Shown here in pieces: positions 28,292 to 38,380 of a stretch of 64,000 bases of DNA; within the stretch, counting starts at the first letter, position 1; each line of letters opens with the position of its first letter. The DNA lies in the NCBI GenBank assembly GCA_026129095.1, contig JAHCIT010000002.1, positions 450,530-514,529 on the forward strand, given 5' to 3'. Below the pieces are notes generated by a model that was not told where the DNA came from, searched no databases, and saw only the letters and a program-made list of their open reading frames with translations. This DNA is from Deltaproteobacteria bacterium (lineage in GTDB: Bacteria > JAGRBM01 > JAHCIT01). The position numbers and the translations under genes were made by a program.

Positions 28292-28828
28292 ATGCGTTTA
28301 AAGTCGATCGGATTTTCTGTTATTGGAATTATTTTTATAATTTCTGCATGTGGTGGAGGGTCAGGAAGTCGGCAGACGAGCGGAATCTGCGCCAACAATA
28401 CCGACCCATTGAACGAAACAGACATGTGCGGGATTCTGAACATTACCTATCAATTCCTGGAGACCATTCCCCCGGGCCTATCCGATGAGAGGATAGACGC
28501 TGCAGCTATTGATCTCTTTTGTTTGGATCTGGCCGGAGGTGAAGCTCCGATTACAGACGAGGATGTACTTGACGATGATATTTCATGTACCGATCTGCTG
28601 ACCGGAAATGATTTAATCGAATGCCGGATATATGCGACATACAATGGAACCGTCGAAGCGGCGAAGGCTCGACACTGGAGTGTTCTCGCTGAAGTTGTGG
28701 ATTTTGACTTCGTAATTACCGATGGAATTGCACATGACGTTGATTCAGCCACGGAATACTGTGACGAAATCGCTGATGTGCTTGAAAATAGTGATTACAC
28801 AGTCAACGCCGAGGCGCTGGAGCCCTAG
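28292..28828 (+). CDS. Acidic Cys-rich lipoprotein, function unknown
   Basis: IISACGGGSG lipobox; AAGGA SD; six further Cys; visibly lower GC than neighbours. Confidence 0.75.
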   Translation: MRLKSIGFSVIGIIFIISACGGGSGSRQTSGICANNTDPLNETDMCGILNITYQFLETIPPGLSDERIDAAAIDLFCLDLAGGEAPITDEDVLDDDISCTDLLTGNDLIECRIYATYNGTVEAAKARHWSVLAEVVDFDFVITDGIAHDVDSATEYCDEIADVLENSDYTVNAEALEP

Positions 28829-28971
28829 TTTTTTACCCATCTGGTTTTCAGGCTTATCTCACCGCAATAGGCGTAGCTGGGGGTTCGTTTCGGATCCCCG
28901 GCAATTTTCCATTGTACTTGGTATAAACCGGTTTCAGCTTTGAGCTTTTCGCTGGTGTACATTCGGCCTGG

Positions 28972-31443
28972 ATGAGCTTTGCGCTTTTCGATAGCGACGA
29001 CCCTCACGTCATCAGCCTGTCGGTCCATGATGTGATCTCCCTGGCGTCCGAAAGCACGGCGCGGCCGACAACTCCCGCCTTCGCCCGCGCACGCCTCGGC
29101 CAGGAAGTTCACAGCCGCTACCAGAAGGAAACAGCCGGCCGGCCCGGATTCCGTAAGGAAGTGGCCGTGAGCCACGAAACCAGCATCCGGGGTTTCACCC
29201 TGAAAATCGACGGCCGGATCGATGTGGTGATCGAGCGGCCCGAAGGCACGATCATCGAGGAGATCAAGTCGGTCTTCCTCACGGCGGCAGAGATGTCGGG
29301 CCTCGCTTCCGGTGAACTTTCCGGCTGGGCTGACCAGGTTCGTCTGTACCGGTGGATGTGGCGCATGTGCGGGCGGGGTGATGCCGACGCAACCCTTGTT
29401 CTCGTTTCGCTGCTCGACGGCACCAGCCGGATAATCCCAATTGCGGAATCCGGTGCCGACCTGGACCGGCATATCTGCGCCTTGCTGGACCGGGTCATCC
29501 GGAAGATCGAGGCATCGCTGGAAACCGCCACTCGCCGGCGAAGCCTCGCGGCACGCCTCCGGTTTCCGTTTCCAGACTACCGGCTGCGGCAGGATGATCT
29601 CGCGAAAACCATACAAAGTACGGCGAGAACAGGCGGCACACTGATCGTCGAGGCACCCACCGGGCTCGGCAAAACAGCAGCGTCACTCTGGGGATCGCTC
29701 GCCTCCGCTCTCGTACAGAACTGCAAGGTCTTTTTTGTCACTGCCAAGGGAACCCAGCAGAAAATGGCGCTGGAAACGGTCGCGAAGATCCGCGAAGTCT
29801 CCGGGCTTGAATCCGAAGACCCCCTCCGGATCGTGCAAATCCGGGCCAAGGAAAAGATGTGCCTGAATGACACGGTAATCTGTGATCCGGAGTTCTGCCC
29901 ATATCTGAAAAACTACGGCGAGCGGATGGCGGAACTGGATTTCCCCGCCAAGCTGCTGGAGCATGGCGTCATCACTGGCGACCTGCTGCTGGACAAGGGA
30001 CACGAACACACACTTTGCCCGTTCGAGATGTCACTCGATCTCGCCTGGGAATCGGAAGCGGTCGTCTGCGACTATAACTATGCCTTTGATCCCGGTGTGA
30101 TGCTGGCTGAGCTGGCCGATCCCGATCTCGCTGCCCGTTCGATCCTTATTGTTGATGAGGCCCACGCACTACCTGCCCGGGCACGCGGATACCGGTCGCC
30201 CGTACTCGCTGCATCGGAGCTGGAGCAGCTGGCCACGAACATCCTTTCGCCACGTCCTGAAGAGCCGGTGCGGCAGGGCCGGCTGAAGCGCGGTGCAGAC
30301 CGGGCACCAGGGCTTTTTGACTCCCCGCTCGACCGTCTTGTGCAGTCATCCGCCGCACGGGAACTGTCGGCAAGTCTCATGAGTCTTGCCCGCCTGGTCC
30401 GCGACCCCGAAAGCTGCGGTGTCGAGGATCCCGGTAACCGGGGGAACTATATCGCCCGGCCGGAAGCAGACACTTTTCAGACAGTCATGCGCCAGATCGA
30501 GCAGACATTTCTTTCATACCTTGTCGAGCGAAAACGCCAGACGGTAGTCAGACCCCACGATCCGGCCGTAGACGCCTTCGCCATGGCGTCGAAGTTCGTC
30601 CGGACGCTCGCCGACGCCGGCAACGAAACCCGTGCCCTGTGGACTCCCGACAGCGGCGGCCAGATATCACTGTACTGTCTTGATGCCTCACGGTTTCTTT
30701 CCGGCCGGTGGGACTCCGTAGCAGCATCGGTTCTCATGTCCGGCACACTCTCTCCAATGGACTATTTCCGGGAAATACTGGGGCTTCCGGAAACAGCCGA
30801 AACGATTCAGCTTCCTTCTCCTTTTCCATCCGGAAACCTCACGGTTGAAGTGGATGCGAATCTGTCCACCGCATGGCGCGACCGGTCGCGCACGCTGCCA
30901 GAGATCGGCCGCCGTTTGCGGGAGTTTCTCGCACGCCCCGGAAACCGGGTGGTCTACGCCCCCAGCTTCGACTACCTCGCCAGCCTTCACGATGCGACAG
31001 GACCGATCCCGGACAAGCGCTTTTTGTTCCAGACCGAACGGATGGACGATGCCAGCCGCGAGCGGTTTCTCCGCGATCTGGCCGCGCGGTCGGGAGATAT
31101 TGTGCTGTGGGCGGTATTGGGTGGCATTTTCGCCGAGGGCGTGGATTTGCCCGGCGAGCATCTCGTGGGTGCCGCCATCATCGGGCCGGGCCTGCCGAAG
31201 CCGGGCCCTGAACAGGAGCTGGAAAAGTCTTACTGGGAGGAAAAATCCCCTGGCAGCGGATTCGAGCATGCTTACCTGTATCCCGGAATGATCCGTGTGA
31301 TTCAGTCCGCAGGACGGCTGATCCGTTCGGAAACGGACAAGGGCGAACTCCTGCTCATCGACAGGCGGTTCGGGCAGCGTAACTACCGTCGGCTCTTTCC
31401 TTCTTGGTGGGAAGCCGGAGGACCCGGTCCGGAGCCGGAATAA
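28972..31443 (+). CDS. DinG/Rad3-family Fe-S helicase with N-terminal PD-(D/E)xK nuclease-like domain
   Basis: N-term G.EVH, GRID...EEIKS, Q..LY; APTGLGKT, C..C..C..CP cluster, DEAH, SGTLSP, EGVD, QSAGRLIRS. Confidence 0.9.
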   Translation: MSFALFDSDDPHVISLSVHDVISLASESTARPTTPAFARARLGQEVHSRYQKETAGRPGFRKEVAVSHETSIRGFTLKIDGRIDVVIERPEGTIIEEIKSVFLTAAEMSGLASGELSGWADQVRLYRWMWRMCGRGDADATLVLVSLLDGTSRIIPIAESGADLDRHICALLDRVIRKIEASLETATRRRSLAARLRFPFPDYRLRQDDLAKTIQSTARTGGTLIVEAPTGLGKTAASLWGSLASALVQNCKVFFVTAKGTQQKMALETVAKIREVSGLESEDPLRIVQIRAKEKMCLNDTVICDPEFCPYLKNYGERMAELDFPAKLLEHGVITGDLLLDKGHEHTLCPFEMSLDLAWESEAVVCDYNYAFDPGVMLAELADPDLAARSILIVDEAHALPARARGYRSPVLAASELEQLATNILSPRPEEPVRQGRLKRGADRAPGLFDSPLDRLVQSSAARELSASLMSLARLVRDPESCGVEDPGNRGNYIARPEADTFQTVMRQIEQTFLSYLVERKRQTVVRPHDPAVDAFAMASKFVRTLADAGNETRALWTPDSGGQISLYCLDASRFLSGRWDSVAASVLMSGTLSPMDYFREILGLPETAETIQLPSPFPSGNLTVEVDANLSTAWRDRSRTLPEIGRRLREFLARPGNRVVYAPSFDYLASLHDATGPIPDKRFLFQTERMDDASRERFLRDLAARSGDIVLWAVLGGIFAEGVDLPGEHLVGAAIIGPGLPKPGPEQELEKSYWEEKSPGSGFEHAYLYPGMIRVIQSAGRLIRSETDKGELLLIDRRFGQRNYRRLFPSWWEAGGPGPEPE

Positions 31444-31449
31444 GCCCGT

Positions 31450-33522
31450 TCAGTTCACCGGTTTGGCGAGCTGGAGGATGCCAGCAGGAAGCTGGGTACG
31501 CTGGGCGCGGACAACCGTACGGTTCACCACCAGTTCACGTGTATCACGCAGTTCCGCGGTAGCAGTTCCACGGATCCATGCCTGGATGACCGATGGAACC
31601 ACCTGTTGCGGACCGTCCAGTGGCGAAACATAGCCCAGCGCCGCTCCCGCATCGACTGCCTCGCGGCTGAGTGCAAACAGCAGGAGCCCCTGCTGTACTG
31701 CCTGGTCCGAAAGTTTCCCCACAACGTCAGGTGCCAAATCCGGTGCGAGCAGTACGACCGTCTCGCGAGTGCCATCCGGCAACTGGCCCTTGGGAACCCG
31801 TTCAGTCTTTACCGCACCGAGGCTCCTCTCCAGTTCGCCGGCCCATCCGGAATCAAACTGTCCCAGCATTACCACTGGTGCGCCGGGCTTGCTCGCCAGC
31901 AAAACCCGTCCCAGCACTGCCGGCTCGGGAAGTCCGCCCACCACGAGCCGAAGTCCCCGCCGGGCTTCACCCGGATCAGTGACCTTGCCGGCCGGATTCC
32001 AGTCGATAACCGGAATCCGGCTGAGTTGAAGCAGGTTCCGGAGCGGGCTCGTTGCCGGATGACCGCCCAGAACGTACAGATCGCTCCGGGGTTCGATCGG
32101 GAGCGCATCTTTCCCCCTGACGGAGATTTCATATCCGCCCGCCGCCACCAATGAACGCAACCGCTCCGCATCGGCACCAGCAGCAGCCACAACCACCTTC
32201 GTGGGCCCGGGACGGACAACTGCCGACGTGGGCAGGTTGCGATAAAGCCGGTACATGGCGCTGCCACCGCCCGAAGGCACTCCTTCCAGATTGGTAATGA
32301 CAATCCGGAACGAATGGCGGCGGGTCCCGACACCAGTCCACCGGCTGATCGAGTAGCCGGAAAGCGGAAACTGCCCGCGAAACCGCTCAGGTGGATTCGG
32401 ATCAGGTCCATCACGCAGAAAGGCATTGTTTTCGAGCTTGAGTCCCGGCTCGAAATCCAGGAAATTGAACTGGTACAGGCCCCGCCCGGACAGGGTGAAC
32501 CATTCCTCCTTGCCGTAGGGAATGAACACGCCCTCGGGCGCACTGTTGCCCGTGATGGGCCGTCCTGCCGGCTCGGCGGCTGTCGAAAAGGTAACGCCTT
32601 TCAGGTCCAGGTAGTCGACGCCAACAATTGCAGAAAGATCGTCCAGCAGCGCATTCACCGCCACCGAAAGCTGGAACGACACCTGCGCCTCAAACATGCG
32701 GGCCGAGATATCGAAACGGGCATACATGGTCGTCAGGGGAATTGGGCCCAGATCGAAGTAAAGCTCCACGTAGCGGATAACCCGGATAGGACCGGCGCGG
32801 TAGCCCAGCAATTTGCTGCGGAACTCGTCCTCGTTTCGGGTCAGCGTGAGCATCGTCCCGAGTGTGCGCGCCTTGACCCGGATCCGCATGCCGTCGGCGA
32901 TGGTTTCGTCAGTCCGGCCGGTCAGATCCCGGTAAATCACATCATCGAAAACGAGCGGGTTATCCTTGCGGTACCGTATGGTCCATGCGGATGAGGAAAC
33001 ATGGTCCCGTGCCGCGTCGTAGGTCACATAGGTCCGGGCAGAAAGAGGCGGCGGATTACCAAAACGTGCTGCATAGACGTAGCCAAGCCGCCCGTCCGGG
33101 TGGGCAACGAGCAGTTCCAGCACATCCTGGGCACCTGTCGGCCATCGTTCCGGAGCAAGCCGTGGACCACAATCCCGTATCATGAACAGGAGTTCGTCTG
33201 CCCTGCCGATACGATCGGATATTCTTGTGGGGTCCGAATCCCACGCATACTGTTTCCCATCAGGACGGGAATCGACCTGGAACGGGATAATTTCGACCTT
33301 GCCTTCCGGTGCCGCAAAGAGGCGCAATTCCGCAACCGGCGCGCCCACCAGGGCATCCAGCCGTTCGCCCGGAACCGTCATGTACAGTGTGCTGGAACCG
33401 ACATCCGAAAAGACAGGCAGGAAAGCCTTGGCCGGCGGAACATTCAGCCACAAGCCTGCAACCATCACAATGGCCGCCATCTTGCCGGGCCCACCGAAGG
33501 ATATGCCAGAAAGCCGGTTCAT
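31450..33522 (-). CDS. Secreted hypothetical protein with C-terminal ABC-substrate-binding-like region
   Basis: Signal peptide (AKA|F); C-terminal SREAVDAGA.LG and LVVN..V patterns resemble ABC_sub_bind proteins. Confidence 0.6.
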   Translation of the reverse strand: MNRLSGISFGGPGKMAAIVMVAGLWLNVPPAKAFLPVFSDVGSSTLYMTVPGERLDALVGAPVAELRLFAAPEGKVEIIPFQVDSRPDGKQYAWDSDPTRISDRIGRADELLFMIRDCGPRLAPERWPTGAQDVLELLVAHPDGRLGYVYAARFGNPPPLSARTYVTYDAARDHVSSSAWTIRYRKDNPLVFDDVIYRDLTGRTDETIADGMRIRVKARTLGTMLTLTRNEDEFRSKLLGYRAGPIRVIRYVELYFDLGPIPLTTMYARFDISARMFEAQVSFQLSVAVNALLDDLSAIVGVDYLDLKGVTFSTAAEPAGRPITGNSAPEGVFIPYGKEEWFTLSGRGLYQFNFLDFEPGLKLENNAFLRDGPDPNPPERFRGQFPLSGYSISRWTGVGTRRHSFRIVITNLEGVPSGGGSAMYRLYRNLPTSAVVRPGPTKVVVAAAGADAERLRSLVAAGGYEISVRGKDALPIEPRSDLYVLGGHPATSPLRNLLQLSRIPVIDWNPAGKVTDPGEARRGLRLVVGGLPEPAVLGRVLLASKPGAPVVMLGQFDSGWAGELERSLGAVKTERVPKGQLPDGTRETVVLLAPDLAPDVVGKLSDQAVQQGLLLFALSREAVDAGAALGYVSPLDGPQQVVPSVIQAWIRGTATAELRDTRELVVNRTVVRAQRTQLPAGILQLAKPVN

Positions 33523-33674
33523 TACTGCTTGAAACCCCAGCCTACGACAGACAGATACCTGCCATCGACGCTCATTTTACCACGTCATGGCCCGTTACGT
33601 CTTGGACTGAAATACCGTTGCTAAAAGCCCTTTCCAGTTGACTCCGGAGGCCCCGCCCAAGCACTTTATCCTTC

Positions 33675-34400
33675 ATGTCGGATTCGGGGTCAAAGGGTCC
33701 GGGGGGACCGAAAAACAGTCCTGTCGGCCTGAAGGTCACTGGGACTCCGGGCCCCGGTCCGTTTCGTATCCCCAGCGAAAAAGACCGGATCGTCAAGCTT
33801 TTCGAGAATCTTCCGCGGACACCGGTTATCAAGTCTCCCGTAATCCGGGGTGCTGCCATCGGGCTTACCAAAAAGGCCCTGCCACCCGAGCCGATACTGC
33901 CGCTCGAGCGGCCACAGGCGGTCGCCAAGTGCGAGGAAACACAGAACCCCCGCGAAGTGGTACGCGCCCTTCTCGGATACGGCATCGGAATTGCCCGCCG
34001 GGCGCTGCTTTTTTACCCAAGCGGCCACGCGCTGAAGGGCATCGAGGGCATTGGTTCCTCGATCAGCCCGGAATCGGTTCCTTCGATTGAGCTTGATCTG
34101 GCCAAGCCATCGGTATTCCGGAACTTCACCTATGGAGCGGCCTGCTATCTGGGGCCGGTGCCACGCACAGACACCAACGACCTTTTTGTCAGGCTCACCG
34201 GCGGCGAGCGACCGGCTGGTGCCCTCATCGTCCCGGTTCTGGCTGGCGATCGCGCTGCCAATCTCCTGTACCTCGACAACGGGCAGGCAAAGGATATTGA
34301 GGCCGACATGGGCGAACTGCTGCTGTTGACAGCCGCCGCTGGCAAGGCTTACGAGCGGATCATCTCCGCACGCCGGGGCGTCCGGAAAGAAGGATTGTAA
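33675..34400 (+). CDS. Hypothetical protein with C-terminal GAF-like domain
   Basis: YLGPVP...N..F..L.GG.RP..ALIVPV..G.R..NLLY.DNG; first gene of a coupled three-gene operon. Confidence 0.65.
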   Translation: MSDSGSKGPGGPKNSPVGLKVTGTPGPGPFRIPSEKDRIVKLFENLPRTPVIKSPVIRGAAIGLTKKALPPEPILPLERPQAVAKCEETQNPREVVRALLGYGIGIARRALLFYPSGHALKGIEGIGSSISPESVPSIELDLAKPSVFRNFTYGAACYLGPVPRTDTNDLFVRLTGGERPAGALIVPVLAGDRAANLLYLDNGQAKDIEADMGELLLLTAAAGKAYERIISARRGVRKEGL

Positions 34401-34402
34401 AG

Positions 34403-34807
34403 GTGGCGACTCAGGCCAGCACAGGAACCGGGCCCGTTAAAACGGGCCGCAGACGCTATACACGGCTTCCCTGCCGTGTTACGGTCCAGATCACCGAAGC
34501 CGAAGGCGAAGGGCACCTGCTTTTTACATCGGTAAACCTGTCGCTCGGCGGCGTGTTTCTGGAGAGCGAACTGTTGCTGGAAGTGGGCTCTATCCTGAAA
34601 CTCGCTTTCAGGCTGCCCGACAGTGATGTCCCGACAGAAGCGAGTGCAGTCGTGGTAAGGGTTTCTGACGAGGATTCCCTCGGCCGGATGCAGCCAGGCA
34701 TGGGCCTTGAGTTCACCTCCATGGCACCCGCCGGCCGGATGGCTCTGGAAGCCTGGCTCCGGGACCGGCTGGTAGCCCTGAGAAAGGACGCCCGTGGCAG
34801 TCGATAA
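34403..34807 (+). CDS. Stand-alone PilZ-domain protein
   Basis: RRYTR (RxxxR), NLSLGG ([DN]xSxxG) and GMGLEF. Confidence 0.88.
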   Translation: MATQASTGTGPVKTGRRRYTRLPCRVTVQITEAEGEGHLLFTSVNLSLGGVFLESELLLEVGSILKLAFRLPDSDVPTEASAVVVRVSDEDSLGRMQPGMGLEFTSMAPAGRMALEAWLRDRLVALRKDARGSR

Positions 34808-36227
34808 GGCCAAGCTGAAGGACGAGGCGTTCAAGCTTTTCCAGAAGGGAAAGTTCGACAAGGCCCTCGAAAAGTACCGCGAAGTCCTCAAGGTGGACAA
34901 GCGGGACGACCGTTCAATGATGAAGCTCGCCGAGTGCTACAAGCGCCTAAACAAGCGGGCTGAAGCCATCGCCGTTCTGACGCAGATTTCCGACTTCTAT
35001 GCCCGTTCAGGCTTTCTTCTCAAAGCAATCTCCACGCTCAAGATGATCCTTGAAATCGACAAGAGCCATCAGAGTACTCTGGACATGCTGGCCGAGCTGT
35101 ATTCGAAGCGGGGCATCAGTGCGCCGGGTTCTGCCCCGGCCACATCGGCACCGCCAGCGGCCACATCTGCGCCGGGCAGCGACCTGCCTGAAATCGCCAC
35201 TGCAACGGATACCACCGAGCCTGAGCCCGAACCGGATGCTTCGGAGGTAGTCGCGGCAGACGCAGTCGAAACGGAATCGCCTGAAGACGTCTCGACCGTT
35301 TCAACCGATACCTCGGATCTCGATACCGGAGCCGAACCCGATTCGGCTGACCTGATCGAGGAAATCACGCCGATCGACGAGGCACTCCCCGAGGTGCCGC
35401 TATTCAGCGATCTGCCACCCGAGGAATTCAAGGCGCTGATCGAGAAGTGCCACTTCCGCCAGTTCAAGGCGAAAACCCGGATTATCCAGGAAGGTGACCC
35501 GGGAGATTCATTCTATGTTTTGGTCTCGGGAGAGGTCCTGGTTTACCGCACGGGCGAGGACGGAAAGTCCCGCAAGCTCGCCACGATCAAGGAAGGCAAG
35601 GAAGGATCGTTTTTCGGCGAGTTCGCCGTGCTAACCAATTCCGAGCGCAAGGCATCCATTGGCGCGCTTACGGATGTCGAGGTTCTCGAGATCAATAAAG
35701 CCGATCTGGACGAGCTGGGGGCCAAGCACCCCAAAATCATGGAGGTGCTGTGGGATTTCTACAAAAAGCGAATCCTGGCGAATCTCCTGCTCCAGTCCCC
35801 GCTGTTTCAGCCGCTTTCCATCGACGACCGGCGGTCTCTCGTCTCCAAGTTCACCATGGAGAAAAGGCCAAAGGGAACGGTTGTACTCAAGGAAGGAACC
35901 GATGGAGATGGTCTCTACCTCATCCAGTGGGGTGAAGTGGAGATTTTCATCAATGATCCGTCCGGGAACGGTGAAGTGACCATATCAAACCTGAGCGAAG
36001 GTTCATTCTTCGGGGAGTACTCGCTCGTCAAGCGGACCGTTTGTTCCGCCTCGGTCCGGACACTTACCGATTCCATCTTCCTCAAGCTGCCGAAAGCCGC
36101 CTTCAACGAAATGATCATGACCCACCCGCAGATCCTTGAGGTGATCATGAGTTTTGTCGAACAACGTGAGCGGGAAACCCAGGAAACCAAGGACAGTCTC
36201 GCCCGGATCGCCAGCGGGAAGAAATAA
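34794..36227 (+). CDS. TPR + acidic linker + tandem cyclic-nucleotide-binding domain protein
   Basis: N-terminal TPRs; [12 protein letters not shown]...FFGEFAVL...R.AS and [10 protein letters not shown]...FFGEYSL. Confidence 0.9.
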   Translation: MAVDKAKLKDEAFKLFQKGKFDKALEKYREVLKVDKRDDRSMMKLAECYKRLNKRAEAIAVLTQISDFYARSGFLLKAISTLKMILEIDKSHQSTLDMLAELYSKRGISAPGSAPATSAPPAATSAPGSDLPEIATATDTTEPEPEPDASEVVAADAVETESPEDVSTVSTDTSDLDTGAEPDSADLIEEITPIDEALPEVPLFSDLPPEEFKALIEKCHFRQFKAKTRIIQEGDPGDSFYVLVSGEVLVYRTGEDGKSRKLATIKEGKEGSFFGEFAVLTNSERKASIGALTDVEVLEINKADLDELGAKHPKIMEVLWDFYKKRILANLLLQSPLFQPLSIDDRRSLVSKFTMEKRPKGTVVLKEGTDGDGLYLIQWGEVEIFINDPSGNGEVTISNLSEGSFFGEYSLVKRTVCSASVRTLTDSIFLKLPKAAFNEMIMTHPQILEVIMSFVEQRERETQETKDSLARIASGKK

Positions 36228-36288
36228 CCGGCGGCATTCACGGCCCCGCGTTTGCCCGCCCCCTCGTTGCCCATTACTTTCAACGTCC

Positions 36289-37080
36289 ATGACGGCAGCT
36301 ACCGGCACAGACGATCCCCTTGTCATCGGAAAATACCGGTTCAACTCCCGGTTGATCGTGGGAACAGGAAAATTTGAAAACCTTGAAATCATGCGCCGCG
36401 CTCACGAGGCTTCCGGCGCAGAAATGGTAACCGTTGCCGTGCGGCGGGTGAACCTGCAGCGCGGCACAGGTGACGTTCTGGACTATATTGATCCCAAAAA
36501 ATTCACGCTGCTGCCTAATACCGCGGGCTGCTTCACAGCCGATGAGGCGGTCCGATATGCGCGGCTTGGGCGTGAAGCGGGAATGAGCGATCTTGTAAAG
36601 CTCGAGGTGATTGGCGACAGGGAAACCCTGTTCCCAGATAATGCCGAAACCGTGAAAGCTGCTGCAATCCTGGTGAAGGAAGGCTTCACCGTGATGCCTT
36701 ATATCTCCGACGATCTCATCACGGCCAAGCGCCTCATTGATCTTGGTTGCCCAGTAGTGATGCCGCTCGGCGCCCCGATCGGGTCCGGCCTTGGGATCCG
36801 CAATCCCTACAATATCCGGATCATCAAGGAGCAGGTCAATGTGCCAGTAATCGTGGATGCCGGGATAGGCACCGCCTCGGACGCCGCTATCGCCATGGAG
36901 CTTGGCGTGGACGGGCTCCTCGTCAATACCGCCATTGCAGCAGCCAGAAACCCCGAGAAAATGGCCGAAGCAGTCAAGCTCGCGACTTGTGCCGGCCGGC
37001 TCGCCTATCACGCCGGCAGAATGGGTAAAAAACTATACGCCAATGCCAGCAGTCCATTTGACGGGATGATCTCCTCCTGA
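36289..37080 (+). CDS. thiG: Thiazole synthase
   Basis: [52 protein letters not shown]. Confidence 0.96.
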   Translation: MTAATGTDDPLVIGKYRFNSRLIVGTGKFENLEIMRRAHEASGAEMVTVAVRRVNLQRGTGDVLDYIDPKKFTLLPNTAGCFTADEAVRYARLGREAGMSDLVKLEVIGDRETLFPDNAETVKAAAILVKEGFTVMPYISDDLITAKRLIDLGCPVVMPLGAPIGSGLGIRNPYNIRIIKEQVNVPVIVDAGIGTASDAAIAMELGVDGLLVNTAIAAARNPEKMAEAVKLATCAGRLAYHAGRMGKKLYANASSPFDGMISS

Positions 37081-37091
37081 ATTCCACGCAC

Positions 37092-37745
37092 GTGAAATTC
37101 GTTCCAGACATCCTCCTGACCGGAACCATTACCGAACTGCCTCCGGCGCTCGTCCGACGGCTTGTACGAATCGCACATGGTTACGGGCTCCTGCTCGCCC
37201 TTCAGTTACGGGACAAGGCAAAAACCGACCGCCAGCTGTATCTTCACGCAAGAGAACTGGCGACACACGCATTTCTGCTGGTAAATGGGCGCCCGCATGT
37301 GGCAATGGCAGCAGCGGCAGCGGGAGTGCAGCTCGGTCCCGATACACTGCCAGCCGCGGTAGTCCGCCGGGCCTTTCCTAAGCTGGTCATCGGCTATTCA
37401 GCACATTCCGCTGGCGAGCTCCGCCGGGGCAGGGATGCCGATTTCGTGCTGCTCTCGCCCTTTGCGCGGCCCTTAAGCAAGCCCGGCGATCAACGCCGGC
37501 CGCTTGGGACGGCGAAATGGGGTCTGCTGGCCGGTAAAAGCCCAGTGGCAACTCTCGCACTGGGAGGAATAACTCCTGAAAATGCAGATAGGGCAATCAA
37601 TGCGGGAGCCGCAGGGGTTGCGGTGACTGGCGCCGTTCTACTGGCAGACGATCCGGCAAGCGCATTTTCTGATCTGGCCCATGCGGTCAGTATTTCCTTA
37701 GGACTGCAACCACAACTCCCTGCAGTTCGCAATCCTCGGCATTGA
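37092..37745 (+). CDS. thiE: Thiamine phosphate synthase family (ThiE/TenI)
   Basis: QLRDK, GVQL, IGYSAH, LSPF...SKP, ALGGITPEN, GAAGVAV; follows thiG; divergent (NG in place of ND), so could be TenI-like. Confidence 0.7.
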   Translation: MKFVPDILLTGTITELPPALVRRLVRIAHGYGLLLALQLRDKAKTDRQLYLHARELATHAFLLVNGRPHVAMAAAAAGVQLGPDTLPAAVVRRAFPKLVIGYSAHSAGELRRGRDADFVLLSPFARPLSKPGDQRRPLGTAKWGLLAGKSPVATLALGGITPENADRAINAGAAGVAVTGAVLLADDPASAFSDLAHAVSISLGLQPQLPAVRNPRH

Positions 37746-38289
37746 CACGGATCGGCTCCATCCGCGCATTTGCCGGCTCCAGCCGGATCACTGACGTACC
37801 TTCCCGGTAAAACCGTTTCAGTGTCACCTGGTCATTGCCGATCAATGCAACGACCGTCTCGCCCGGCTGTGCAGTCTGGGCTTTACGGCAAATGACATGA
37901 TCGCCGTTGTGGATTCCGTCCTCTATCATCGAATCACCCCGGACACGGAGCACAAAATGATCCCCGCGGCCAAGCAAGTCGGCGGGAACATTCAACGTCT
38001 CGGTCTGCTCGACTGCCTGAATCGGCTGGCCTGCGGCCACAACACCGAGAAGTGGCAGGGCCACTGCCTTCGGGGCGTCAGGCTTTTCCACCAGCTCAAT
38101 CGAGCGGTTGTGGTTCCATGACTTTTTCAGAAACCCCTTGGCCTGAAGAGCCTCCACGTGCTGCTGCACAGTCGAAAGTGCACTGATGCCCAGTTCGTCG
38201 GCGATTTCCCGGTAGCTCGGCGCATAACCGTTGTCCTTCGCCAGCTGTTCGATGGTATCTAGGACTTCCCTTTGCCGTTTGGTCAGCAT
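37687..38289 (-). CDS. lexA: SOS repressor LexA
   Basis: LTKRQ, GYAPSYREI, L..KGFL, VAAG cleavage site, GDSM serine, TLKR lysine. Confidence 0.96.
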   Translation of the reverse strand: MLTKRQREVLDTIEQLAKDNGYAPSYREIADELGISALSTVQQHVEALQAKGFLKKSWNHNRSIELVEKPDAPKAVALPLLGVVAAGQPIQAVEQTETLNVPADLLGRGDHFVLRVRGDSMIEDGIHNGDHVICRKAQTAQPGETVVALIGNDQVTLKRFYREGTSVIRLEPANARMEPIRVNAEDCELQGVVVAVLRKY

Positions 38290-38295
38290 GAGAGA

Positions 38296-38323
38296 AGTAT
38301 ACGTATATAAACCGAATGAGCAA
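38296..38323 (-). promoter_or_regulatory. sigma70-type promoter for a leaderless lexA mRNA, with candidate SOS box in the spacer
   Basis: Minus strand TTGCTC-N16-TATACT-N6-ATG; spacer contains TTCG-N7-TACG; no SD. Confidence 0.6.
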
Positions 38324-38380
38324 GCAGAATCTTTCTAACAAACTGAAATTATTGATTAAATAAGTGTGCTTTGGTCTGGC

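Noticed and set aside
28972..29550. Cas4 / type IV CRISPR DinG
   Set aside because: No other cas genes or array nearby, and the Cas4 Fe-S cysteine pattern is absent from the nuclease domain.
36228..36288. TPP riboswitch or thiS before thiG
   Set aside because: Only about 60 nt, with no CUGAGA motif and no ORF.
37687..37745. Convergent 3' overlaps (thiE/lexA, mutY/H-NOX-like, gerW-like/ycfL-like) as antisense regulation
   Set aside because: Short tail overlaps are common in compact high-GC genomes; nothing indicates function.
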